This document shows, one piece after another, positions 39,903-48,231 of a stretch of 64,000 nucleotides of DNA (the first letter of the stretch is position 1; every line of letters starts with the position of its first letter). The translations under genes and the position numbers were made by a program. This DNA comes from an uncultured delta proteobacterium (lineage in GTDB: Bacteria; Desulfobacterota; Binatia; DP-6), in contig CAWFFN010000009.1 in the NCBI GenBank assembly GCA_963815115.1, forward strand, positions 1,856,001-1,920,000. The letters are read 5' to 3'. Below the pieces are notes generated by a model. It was not told where the DNA came from. It was given only the letters and a program-made list of their open reading frames with translations, and made no database searches.

Positions 39903-42689
39903 ATGTCCCAGTCCAGCTCGGATCCGGCATCCAGCGACGCGCGGATGGACCTTCTCCAGCTCTCGGGCGTTCTCCTCGAGGAATACGGGGAGCTGCGTAA
40001 GGCGTGGAAGCTCGACGGCGTGGAGGCTGCCGCGAACGAGGAAGGGCGGCTCAAGGCACTCTTCGAAGTTGCCCACAAGTCAGCCGACGGAAAACCGCTT
40101 TCCGCGCTCTGCCTCTCCGGCGGCGGCATCCGGAGTGCCACGTTCAACCTGGGCGTGATCCAGGCGCTCGCCGAGCGCGGGCTGCTGGAGCGATTCGACT
40201 ATCTCTCCAGCGTCTCGGGTGGCGGCTACATCGCGAGCTGGCTCTCGGGATGGATCCACCGTGCCGGGGGGCTCGACAAGATCAGCGCGGATCTGAGGGG
40301 CCTTCGACAGGACGGGAATCCGATCGCGCCGGAGCCCCGCGCCATCAGGCACCTCCGCGAGTACAGCAACTACCTGACGCCACGGCTGGGTCTCCTGTCC
40401 GTCGACACGTGGACATCCGCGCTCATCATCCTGAGGAACCTCTTTCTGAACTGGCTCGTGCTCATCCCCATCCTGTCCGCGATCCTGGCCCTGCCATTGC
40501 TCGTCATCGCGCGGTGGGACTTCGCCGCCTGGTCCGCGTCGGGGCGGGGTCGGTTCTTCTTCTTCTCGGGGCTCGCGGCCGGAGGCGTCGGGCTCGTTTT
40601 CATGAATGCGCTCCGTGGCGTGAGGAGGCCCGAGACCACCGGCGACACCGATGGTGGAGCGACAGCCTCCGGCGACTGGACGCAGCGGTTCGTGTTTCTG
40701 GGCCTGGTGCCTCTCCTCGTGGGAGCGTCCTGCGTGGTGATGGCGCTCGGCTGGGGCGACATTCAGCCCTTCTCGACGTTCTGGACCGCGCTCCGGCCGA
40801 GCGTGCTGCTCGGGCTCGCCCTGCCGGTGATCGCGTTCCTCGTCTCGATCCCGGTCCAGCGAACGCTCGGAGTGGCACCGGCTGCCGTCGGCTGGGACCT
40901 CCTCGCTCTCCTCGGCGCCGGCGCCGCCGAGACCGCGATGTACGCGTGGATCCTCTCGCACTGGGCGGCTCCCGTGAGGGACTGGCCGCATTTCGGCTTC
41001 CTGATCGTTCTTCCCGTGCTGGTGCTCGTCCCGATGCTGCTCGGCAAATCCCTGTTCGTGGCCTTCGCCAGTGTGGCGGAGGGCAAGGCGCGCGAATCCC
41101 AGTTCGGAGATGCGCAGCGAGAGTGGTGGGCGCGCTGGTCGGCGTGGATATCCATCGCGCTCGTGGCCTGGATGGCGGCAAGCACGATCGTCTACCTCAC
41201 CCCGTGGCTGGTCGGCATCGCTCGGAACCGGGTGGCGAGTGCGCTCAGCATGGCCGGTATCGGAACGACACTCCTCGGCGGCGCGATCAGTCTCCTCGGG
41301 AAGAGCGCCAAGACCCCGGCTCCCAACGGCAAGTCGGAACACCCATGGACGCAGCTCGGGATCAAACTCGGCGTCCCGGTGTTCTGCGCATTGGTTGCGA
41401 TGCTTCTGTCGCTCGGAACCCAGGCGCTCATCGTTGCCATCAGGGGAGGCGATAGGCTTCCGATCGACGCCGTCGTGGCCCCGGGGCCCGTCGTCATCGG
41501 CACCGTGCTCGGGCTGGCGATGTTCGGCCTGACGATCGGATGGTTCGTGAACGTGAACCGGTTCTCGCTCCAGGCCTTCTATCGCAACCGTCTCGTTCGC
41601 TGCTATCTCGGCGCCAGCAACGTTCCCCATGTCGACGCGAACGGAAAGCAACACCTCGGCCGCATGCCCAACTTCTTCACGGGCTTCGATCCGAACGACA
41701 ACATCCGCTTGCACAGGCTGCGTGCGAACCGGCCGCTCCCGGTCGTGAACATGACCTTGAACCTCGTCGGAGGTGCGAACCTCGCCTGGCAGGAGCGCAA
41801 AGCCGAAAGCTTCACGGCGTCCCCGCTTCATTGCGGGAACGCCGAGCTCGGCTACCGGCGGACCGAGGCCTACGGCGGCGACGAGGGAATCTCGCTCGGC
41901 ACCGCCGTGTCCATCTCGGGCGCCGCGGCGAATCCCAACATGGGCTACAACTCTTCGCCCTCCGTGGCGCTCGTCATGGCGCTCTTCAACGCACGTCTCG
42001 GAGCCTGGCTCGGCAACCCCGGCCGCCCCGGCGACAAGGTGTTCCGCCACAGCGGCCCGGGCACGACCTCCCCCTACTGGATGCTGGCCGAGGCGTTCGG
42101 CAGGACGGACGACCGGCAATCGTACGTGAATCTCTCCGACGGCGGCCACTTCGACAATCTCGGGCTCTACGAGATGGTTCGCCGTCGCTGCCGGTTCATC
42201 CTCGTCTCCGACGCCGGCCAGGATATGGAATGCCGCTTCGCCGATCTCGGCAATGCCATTCGGAAGATCCGAATCGACCTGGGGATCGGCATCGAGTTCC
42301 CCATGGATGGAATTCACATCTACCCGCGGGTTCCGGGCGGCCCGAATCCGCGCGCCGGCTATTGTGCGATCGGCAGCATCAACTACCGTGACGTGGACGA
42401 GGGTGCGCCGCGCGGAATACTGGTCTATCTCAAGCCGGCGATCTGCGGCGGCTCCGAGCCCTACGACGTCTACAGCTACTCGCGGGCGTCGACCGAGTTT
42501 CCTCACGAGCCGACGACCGACCAGTGGTTCCGCGAGTCGCAGTTCGAGGCCTACCGCATGCTGGGCAAGACGGCGATGCTGGCGATCACCGAGAACGTCA
42601 CGACCGACTCCCTGGACCAGGTTCTGGCCGCCATCCAGCACTATCTGGGGCGCACCGGACCGTCGGCCCCCGATGTCGTGACTGCCTGA
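39903..42689 (+). CDS. Patatin/cPLA2-like phospholipase with a large internal transmembrane insertion
   Basis: GAGGAGG RBS; LCLSGGGIRSA (oxyanion hole), YLSSVSGGGY (Ser), LSDGGHFDNLG (Asp); about 10 TMs between the motifs. Confidence 0.87.
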   Translation: MSQSSSDPASSDARMDLLQLSGVLLEEYGELRKAWKLDGVEAAANEEGRLKALFEVAHKSADGKPLSALCLSGGGIRSATFNLGVIQALAERGLLERFDYLSSVSGGGYIASWLSGWIHRAGGLDKISADLRGLRQDGNPIAPEPRAIRHLREYSNYLTPRLGLLSVDTWTSALIILRNLFLNWLVLIPILSAILALPLLVIARWDFAAWSASGRGRFFFFSGLAAGGVGLVFMNALRGVRRPETTGDTDGGATASGDWTQRFVFLGLVPLLVGASCVVMALGWGDIQPFSTFWTALRPSVLLGLALPVIAFLVSIPVQRTLGVAPAAVGWDLLALLGAGAAETAMYAWILSHWAAPVRDWPHFGFLIVLPVLVLVPMLLGKSLFVAFASVAEGKARESQFGDAQREWWARWSAWISIALVAWMAASTIVYLTPWLVGIARNRVASALSMAGIGTTLLGGAISLLGKSAKTPAPNGKSEHPWTQLGIKLGVPVFCALVAMLLSLGTQALIVAIRGGDRLPIDAVVAPGPVVIGTVLGLAMFGLTIGWFVNVNRFSLQAFYRNRLVRCYLGASNVPHVDANGKQHLGRMPNFFTGFDPNDNIRLHRLRANRPLPVVNMTLNLVGGANLAWQERKAESFTASPLHCGNAELGYRRTEAYGGDEGISLGTAVSISGAAANPNMGYNSSPSVALVMALFNARLGAWLGNPGRPGDKVFRHSGPGTTSPYWMLAEAFGRTDDRQSYVNLSDGGHFDNLGLYEMVRRRCRFILVSDAGQDMECRFADLGNAIRKIRIDLGIGIEFPMDGIHIYPRVPGGPNPRAGYCAIGSINYRDVDEGAPRGILVYLKPAICGGSEPYDVYSYSRASTEFPHEPTTDQWFRESQFEAYRMLGKTAMLAITENVTTDSLDQVLAAIQHYLGRTGPSAPDVVTA

Positions 42690-42770
42690 CCGTCGCCGTG
42701 GGCCAGCGGGTGGAGAGGGTCGGAGGCCGTAACAGGCCGTTTCCGGCACCCATTCCACGACCGCCTCCGG

Positions 42771-43550
42771 TCAGGTGAGCACGCGTGCGACCTCGAAGTG
42801 CATGCCGTCGCGACGCGAGAAGTGTCCGCCCCAGTAGAAGCCGTGTTCGTTGGCCATCGCGACCAGCTCGCGCACCGAGCCCTTCTCGCCGCGCAGCGCC
42901 GGCACCGTACCGCGTGCGTTCCATGCGACGTTGATGTCGAACGCCGTCCCCCACGCGTGATTCGACAGCGTCGTCCGGCTGCCGCGCACGAAGCGCGGCA
43001 CGAAGCTCCCCGCCCAGGTGAGGATGCGATTGCCCAGCTTGGCCGCTTCCCACGCCGCGAAGAGCGCCTGCACTTGAGGGGCGACCAGGCGATGCACCCG
43101 GATCCTGCCGGTCTTCGGCGCACCCTCGAGCCCGATCAGCTGCGGCACCGTGACGATGACGACGTTGCGCGCCTCCCAGTCGCCGAGGATCCGGATGGCG
43201 TCACCGCCCGGCACGGGAGTGAACTTGAAGGTGCCGAATATCTGGCCCCGCTCGAGGTTCGAGATCAGCGGCTTGAACGCCGGCGGCGCCGGCCAGTCGG
43301 GTCCCGACGTCCCGCCGAGCGGATCGGTGAAGCCGAGGTCGAGGCCTGTCTGCAAGGCTGCCGCGAGGGTTTGCGGACCGACCATGCCGTCGCCCGTGAG
43401 CTTTCGCTTCCTCTGGAAGACCTTGGTCGCCGCCTCGGTGAGCGGCCCGAACACACCGTCGACACTGCCCTCGAGCAGCTCCTGCCCGAGGAGGAAGTGC
43501 TGCCAGCGGCGCACGTCCTCGCCTTCACTGCCTCTGCGCAGGATCTCCAT
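42771..43550 (-). CDS. M15 family Zn peptidase with N-terminal peptidoglycan-binding domain
   Basis: LRRGSEGEDV..VDGVFGPLTEAATKVFQ..DGMVGPQT; SNHAWGTAFDIN; WGG..DGMHFE; GGAGGAG RBS. Confidence 0.9.
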   Translation of the reverse strand: MEILRRGSEGEDVRRWQHFLLGQELLEGSVDGVFGPLTEAATKVFQRKRKLTGDGMVGPQTLAAALQTGLDLGFTDPLGGTSGPDWPAPPAFKPLISNLERGQIFGTFKFTPVPGGDAIRILGDWEARNVVIVTVPQLIGLEGAPKTGRIRVHRLVAPQVQALFAAWEAAKLGNRILTWAGSFVPRFVRGSRTTLSNHAWGTAFDINVAWNARGTVPALRGEKGSVRELVAMANEHGFYWGGHFSRRDGMHFEVARVLT

Positions 43551-43797
43551 GTCTCCTCCTCTCGTGGGCGCGCGGCGGGCGCACGCGGGGCGTGGTGAAG
43601 CATCCTCGTAGTGGGCGGCGGGTATCGCGGTCAACTTGCGATCTTCTCGCTGCGACGACGACCGAATGGGTCGCACGTTTCTCCCAAACTTCGACCCGCA
43701 GGTGCGACCGTTCGTTGGACAGCATGGCCGCGCCCGTCGCGAGAGGTGTGGCAATGAGTGGCCAGTGAATCTCGCCACCCGGCTCTGGCGAGACGGG

Positions 43798-44250
43798 TCA
43801 GCCGCGCGCGATCGCGGCCGCCTGTTCCAGGCTGATGCCATTGACGAGCGGATCAGCGTGGCGGTGCGCCAGCTGCCAGTCGGATCCTTCACGGCGAAAG
43901 ACCAGGGTGACGCGCAGCGACCAGTCCTGGTCCGGTAGACCACCGACTTCGCCATGCTGCCGTTCGATGATCGCAAGAACCACCATGTCGCCCGAGACGT
44001 AGGATTGCACCAGCTCCAGCTCCGACGTGCCGGCCCTGAAGTAGCGCGCAAGCTCGGCCAAGCGCTCGCTGGAGTCGTCGAAGCCGCGCGTGGGCGCTCC
44101 GCCGAAGGGCGCCATGAGCGTGTAATCGTCCGCGTGGGTGATCAGCGTGGCGTATCGGCGCATGTCTCCGCGCATGAACGCCGCGTTGGCTTCCTCGGTG
44201 CGCCGGATGAGTGCGGTAAGCTCGTCGTCGGTGATGGTTCCTTGCGCCAT
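43798..44250 (-). CDS. SnoaL/NTF2-like (DUF4440) protein
   Basis: AFMRGD..TLMAPFGG; LRVTLVFRREGSDWQLAHRHADP; AGGAGG RBS. Confidence 0.85.
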   Translation of the reverse strand: MAQGTITDDELTALIRRTEEANAAFMRGDMRRYATLITHADDYTLMAPFGGAPTRGFDDSSERLAELARYFRAGTSELELVQSYVSGDMVVLAIIERQHGEVGGLPDQDWSLRVTLVFRREGSDWQLAHRHADPLVNGISLEQAAAIARG

Positions 44251-44798
44251 GGCCGCATCCTCCTGATGAGTAGACATTCACCACAGAACCGCAAGGGCGG
44301 CGTCGCGACGGTCATCGGCGGGTGGGCAAGGTGCGTGCGTCGCTCATCCTCGTGGATGGGTCGGACCTGACCGCGGACACGAGGGCCAGGACCAGAACGC
44401 TCGTGAGACGGGTGACGCCGGATCCCTGCTGCAACCACCATGCGATGGTGCCTCGAGCTCGCCCGATCGCCAAGCGGCACGCTCGATCTCATCGGGTGTG
44501 CCCGAGCGCGATGGCCTGTCGTTCTCCTGGCGCGACACGGCGATCCCGGCCGCCGGCTCTGCTGATCCGGCCACGAGGACCGTCGTCCGCGGCTGCGTGT
44601 ACGCGAGCGCCGACCTTGGGCTCGACGCCCTCGCCCCCGCCGCCCGCACGCGCGCGCGTTCGGGTCCGCCGGAAGGCCACTCTCAGCTGCATGAAAGCCG
44701 AGCGCGCCCCGGCCGCCCGCGCATCGCGCACGTCCAGCGGACCGCGCGGGCGAACCGGGCTGTCTCAACGATCGGCGCGTGCTACGACAGTCGCCGTC

Positions 44799-46745
44799 GT
44801 GGGCGCCGGTCGGCACGCGCGCGCTCGGCGCAGGGCGAGCGTGGCGGCTCTGGCAGTGGCGATGGTCGCCGTCGCGGTGCCGACCTCGTCTCAACGAAGA
44901 CCGAAGCCCGCGCCGTGTCCCGATCAAGGGTACGTGGTGTCCGGCGGGGTGTTCGGGGCACCCGACGCAACGCTCACCGTCCAGGGCCGGATGGTGTCGA
45001 TCGACGGTGTCTGCCCTCCCATCCGCGGCCGCGTGAAGGCGACACGGAAGGGGACGCGGGTGATCGCCGGCTGGAAGGCCTGCGGCGAGGAGCGCCGGGT
45101 TCGGTTGCGCGGCCGGATCGACGTCGAGTGCGCGCTGTTCACCGGCACGATCGCTGCGCGCCGGCGCGGTCGCGTGTCGATCGTCGCCGCTCCGCCACCA
45201 CCTGCGAGCGGGACGACCGTTGCCCCGACGTCGACGACCGCGCCGCCGGTCTCCAGCTCCACCTCGACCACCACGCCCGCCCCCGGCACGCCGACGACGA
45301 CGGTCATGACGACCTCCACCTCGACGACGATGCCTGCGCGCGTCGCCTGCGACGAGCAGAGCCTGCGCCAGGCCGTCGCCGTCGGCGGTGCCATCGTGCT
45401 CGACTGCGATGCCGTGACGATCCCGATCGCCGCCGCGTTGGTCGTGCCGGCCGGTGTCGCCGCATCGATCGCGTCGCGCGGGCCTGGCACGGTCGTGCTC
45501 AACGGTTCGGGCGAGACACGGCTGTTCGTGGTGGCCGGCACGCTCGAGCTTGCCGATCTCGTCGTGGAGGACTTCGCCGCCGAGGGCGAGCTCGGGGACG
45601 ACGGCGTCGCGGCAGCCGATGGTACCGATGGCCTGAACGGCGCCGACGGCGGCCCGGGCGAGAACGGGACCAAGGGGGAGAATGGGCTCGCCGCCGGCAC
45701 GCCGGAGACCGCGGGCGGCGGCGAGACCGCCCGTGGCGGCGCCATCCTGATCGCGTCCGGGGGCGTGGTCCGACTGACGCGAGTCGTCTTCCGTCTGAAC
45801 CTGGTCTTCGGGGGGTATGGCGGCGACGGTGCGTTCTGCAACGGCCCGCCGGACGGGTTCGGCTGCGGCGACGGTGGCATCGGTGGCGACGGCGGTGCCG
45901 GCGGTGCCCTCGCCGCAGGAGTGCCCGGAAGCGGCGGAAACGGCGGCGTCGGCGGGCTCGGGGGGGCCGGGGCGAGCGGTTCGTCCGGCGGCCGCGGCGG
46001 CAACGGGGAGGGCGGCGCCATCTACAACGCGGGCACGCTCGAGATCGCGGACAGCACGTTCGACCGCAACGAGGCGATCGGTGGCTTTGGTGGGATCGCC
46101 GAGTTCGGCCGCGATGGCGGCGCCGGTGGATTCGGGGGCGACGGGGGCGACGCGGACGAGGCCGGAGGCGACGGGGGCGCCGGAGGACACGGCGGTGATG
46201 CTGGCGCCGGCGGCCAGGGCGGGCCCGCCGGCCATGCCCTCGGCGGCGCGATCCACAACGCCGCTGGCGGAGCGCTCGCCATCACGCGTACCGTATTCAT
46301 GGAAAACGTCGCGACCGGTGGTGACGGCGGCGACGGCGGCGACAGCGGCTTCTGCGACAACGGCGGCGACGGCGGCGTGCCTGGCGTGGCGCGTGACGAC
46401 CCGGCCGGAAACGGGACCGGCGGCGCGGGCGGGAACGGCGGTGCCGGCGGCGACGGCGGCGCGGCGGGCAACGGTGGCGACGCCCTCGGCGGCGCGATCT
46501 ACAACGCCGGCACGTTGATGATCGATGCCTCGGTCGTGTTCGTCGGGAACGACGTCGTCGGTGGTCTCAGCGTGCCCGAGACTCCGGACTGCCTGGGCGG
46601 CGGCCCGTGTCCCGGACTTGCCGACGTGGGCTGCGACGGCGGCCTCGCGGGCGACGGCGCGAGCGATGGGGACCCCGGCGCGGACGGCACGGAAGGCGCT
46701 CCCGGCACACCGCCGACGACCGGCGGCCCGGACGTGGGACCGTAG
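44799..46745 (+). CDS. Secreted/surface Gly-rich protein with GGAI(Y/H)N...F..N repeats and a Thr-rich linker
   Basis: Signal-like segment; T/P-rich linker; four GGAI motifs separated by GGxGGxGG tracts. Start uncertain (44691-44841). Confidence 0.7.
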   Translation: MGAGRHARARRRASVAALAVAMVAVAVPTSSQRRPKPAPCPDQGYVVSGGVFGAPDATLTVQGRMVSIDGVCPPIRGRVKATRKGTRVIAGWKACGEERRVRLRGRIDVECALFTGTIAARRRGRVSIVAAPPPPASGTTVAPTSTTAPPVSSSTSTTTPAPGTPTTTVMTTSTSTTMPARVACDEQSLRQAVAVGGAIVLDCDAVTIPIAAALVVPAGVAASIASRGPGTVVLNGSGETRLFVVAGTLELADLVVEDFAAEGELGDDGVAAADGTDGLNGADGGPGENGTKGENGLAAGTPETAGGGETARGGAILIASGGVVRLTRVVFRLNLVFGGYGGDGAFCNGPPDGFGCGDGGIGGDGGAGGALAAGVPGSGGNGGVGGLGGAGASGSSGGRGGNGEGGAIYNAGTLEIADSTFDRNEAIGGFGGIAEFGRDGGAGGFGGDGGDADEAGGDGGAGGHGGDAGAGGQGGPAGHALGGAIHNAAGGALAITRTVFMENVATGGDGGDGGDSGFCDNGGDGGVPGVARDDPAGNGTGGAGGNGGAGGDGGAAGNGGDALGGAIYNAGTLMIDASVVFVGNDVVGGLSVPETPDCLGGGPCPGLADVGCDGGLAGDGASDGDPGADGTEGAPGTPPTTGGPDVGP

Positions 46746-46910
46746 AGACTGCGGCGCTCGCGAACGGTTCCACTCGCGCCGCTCCTCCCGGGTTCTGGCC
46801 TGCTCGCCGGCACTGCGATGAGCCAGCGCGACCCGAATCGCGGCCCGCGATCGGCCCCGCCGCCTCACGCGTAGCTCGGTCGAGTCCAGCAGCACGCGCC
46901 GGCGGCGGAG

Positions 46911-47648
46911 ATGCCCCGGTCCCTCCGCGGAGCCATGCCGGCGTCCCGGTCACACGAAGAAACGAAAGGGGTGCATCGACGCCCCGGGAGGAAAGACCAC
47001 AACCAGGCCGACGCCGAGATCCCGGCCGGAGCCACCGCCAACCAGAGCCTCGACAACGCCGACACCATCCTCGGCGGTCGGGGCGACGACATCCTGATCG
47101 GGATGCTGGGCAGCGACGTGCTGCTCGGCGGCCCCGGCGACGACGTCATGATCGGCGGCATCGAGGGCGGCAGCCGCCCCAACCAGGACGTCCAGATCGG
47201 CGACACGGGCAACGACATCGCGCTCTGGCAGGCCGGCGACGGCAGCGACCTCTTCGACGGCGGCCCCGGTCCGCGCGACACGCTCATCTTCGGCACCATC
47301 GACCGCGACGCCAACAACGTCCCTGTCCTCTCGCCGGTGGACGGCCGTCACGCCGAGACCGGGCTCCCCACGGCCAACGTGAGCGGCCAGGGCGGCTTCT
47401 GCCGGCTCGAGGCGGTCGCCGATCCGGCGGCCCGCGGCTTCGAGTTCCTGGTGCGCTTCTTCTCGCGCGCAACGGGGAATCTACTCGTCACCGTCCGCAC
47501 ACACGACGTGGAGCAGGTATTCTGCACCACCGAGGCGGGCGGCGGCGTCACCTTCGCCGACCTGACCAAGCCCAACCCGGACTTTGTCGAGATCCCGCTC
47601 GCCGCGGTGCGGGACGTCAACTCCGACGTCGCACGCATGATTCGCTGA
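46911..47648 (+). CDS. Hemolysin-type Ca-binding (GGxGxD) repeat protein, probably 5'-truncated
   Basis: GGRGDDILIG, GGPGDDVMIG, GDTGND and DGGPG repeats; no convincing start or signal peptide. Confidence 0.65.
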   Translation: MPRSLRGAMPASRSHEETKGVHRRPGRKDHNQADAEIPAGATANQSLDNADTILGGRGDDILIGMLGSDVLLGGPGDDVMIGGIEGGSRPNQDVQIGDTGNDIALWQAGDGSDLFDGGPGPRDTLIFGTIDRDANNVPVLSPVDGRHAETGLPTANVSGQGGFCRLEAVADPAARGFEFLVRFFSRATGNLLVTVRTHDVEQVFCTTEAGGGVTFADLTKPNPDFVEIPLAAVRDVNSDVARMIR

Positions 47649-47673
47649 ACCCCTCTTCTCGGTTCAGCGTCCG

Positions 47674-47713
47674 GCGCGGGCCGCGTCCCCTGTACGGGGG
47701 GCGCGGCCCGCGC
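47674..47713 (+). terminator. GC-rich hairpin after the Ca-binding gene
   Basis: GCGCGGGCCGCGTCCCC-TGTAC-GGGGGGCGCGGCCCGCGC. Confidence 0.6.
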
Positions 47714-47734
47714 GCGTCTGGCGAACGGCCGCCC

Positions 47735-47764
47735 GGTAGCGGCCGCTACCTGCGAGGTAGCGCC
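47735..47764. promoter_or_regulatory. Palindromic operator-like motif, copy 1
   Basis: GGTAGCGGCCGCTACC-TGCG-AGGTAGCGCC; similar copy at 48137. Confidence 0.5.
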
Positions 47765-47888
47765 TCCCCGGCAGGGACGAGACGCACGCTCGTCTCGACG
47801 CGTCATCGGCTCTCGGGGGAGGTTCCATGGGACATGGCCGGTTGCACGGGCGGACGAAGGGGCCGCCACGCCTGGGGCGAATGCCGGC

Positions 47889-48125
47889 ATGGGTCTGCTC
47901 GAGGTGAAGATCCAGGGGAAGGTCGGTCCCGGGGAGCAGCCGCTCGTGCTGGTCGTGCCGCCGAACCCGGGCACCGGCGCGACCGCGCTCCTGCGGGTCA
48001 ACGGCGGCCCCGAGTACTGCATCGGCTTCGGCGGCGCCGCGGGTGGCCAGATCGCCGACAAGGGCGCGACGTCGTTCAAGGTGACGAAGCCGACGGCGCA
48101 GGCCTGCTCCTCCCCCGGGGACTGA
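47889..48125 (+). pseudogene. Probable C-terminal remnant of a secreted protein
   Basis: 78-aa ORF with strongly GC3-biased codons (EYCIGFGGAAGG..ACS); no signal peptide. Confidence 0.4.
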
Positions 48126-48136
48126 TCTCACTCCGA

Positions 48137-48170
48137 CGAGGTAGCGGCCCGCTACCTCGAAGGTGGCGCC
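48137..48170. promoter_or_regulatory. Palindromic operator-like motif, copy 2
   Basis: CGAGGTAGCGG-C-CCGCTACCTCG-A-AGGTGGCGCC, about 60 nt upstream of ATG 48232. Confidence 0.5.
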
Positions 48171-48231
48171 CATCAGGAGAGAGCTCCGCGCGACACGTGC
48201 GGGCAGGGCAACGGAACTCCAAGGAGGCAAG

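Noticed and set aside
42771-43550. M15 peptidase with PG-binding domain as a prophage endolysin
   Set aside because: No holin, structural or integrase genes are nearby.
45600-45720. Collagen-like G-x-y run
   Set aside because: It is too short and interrupted to call a collagen domain; treated as part of the Gly-rich protein.
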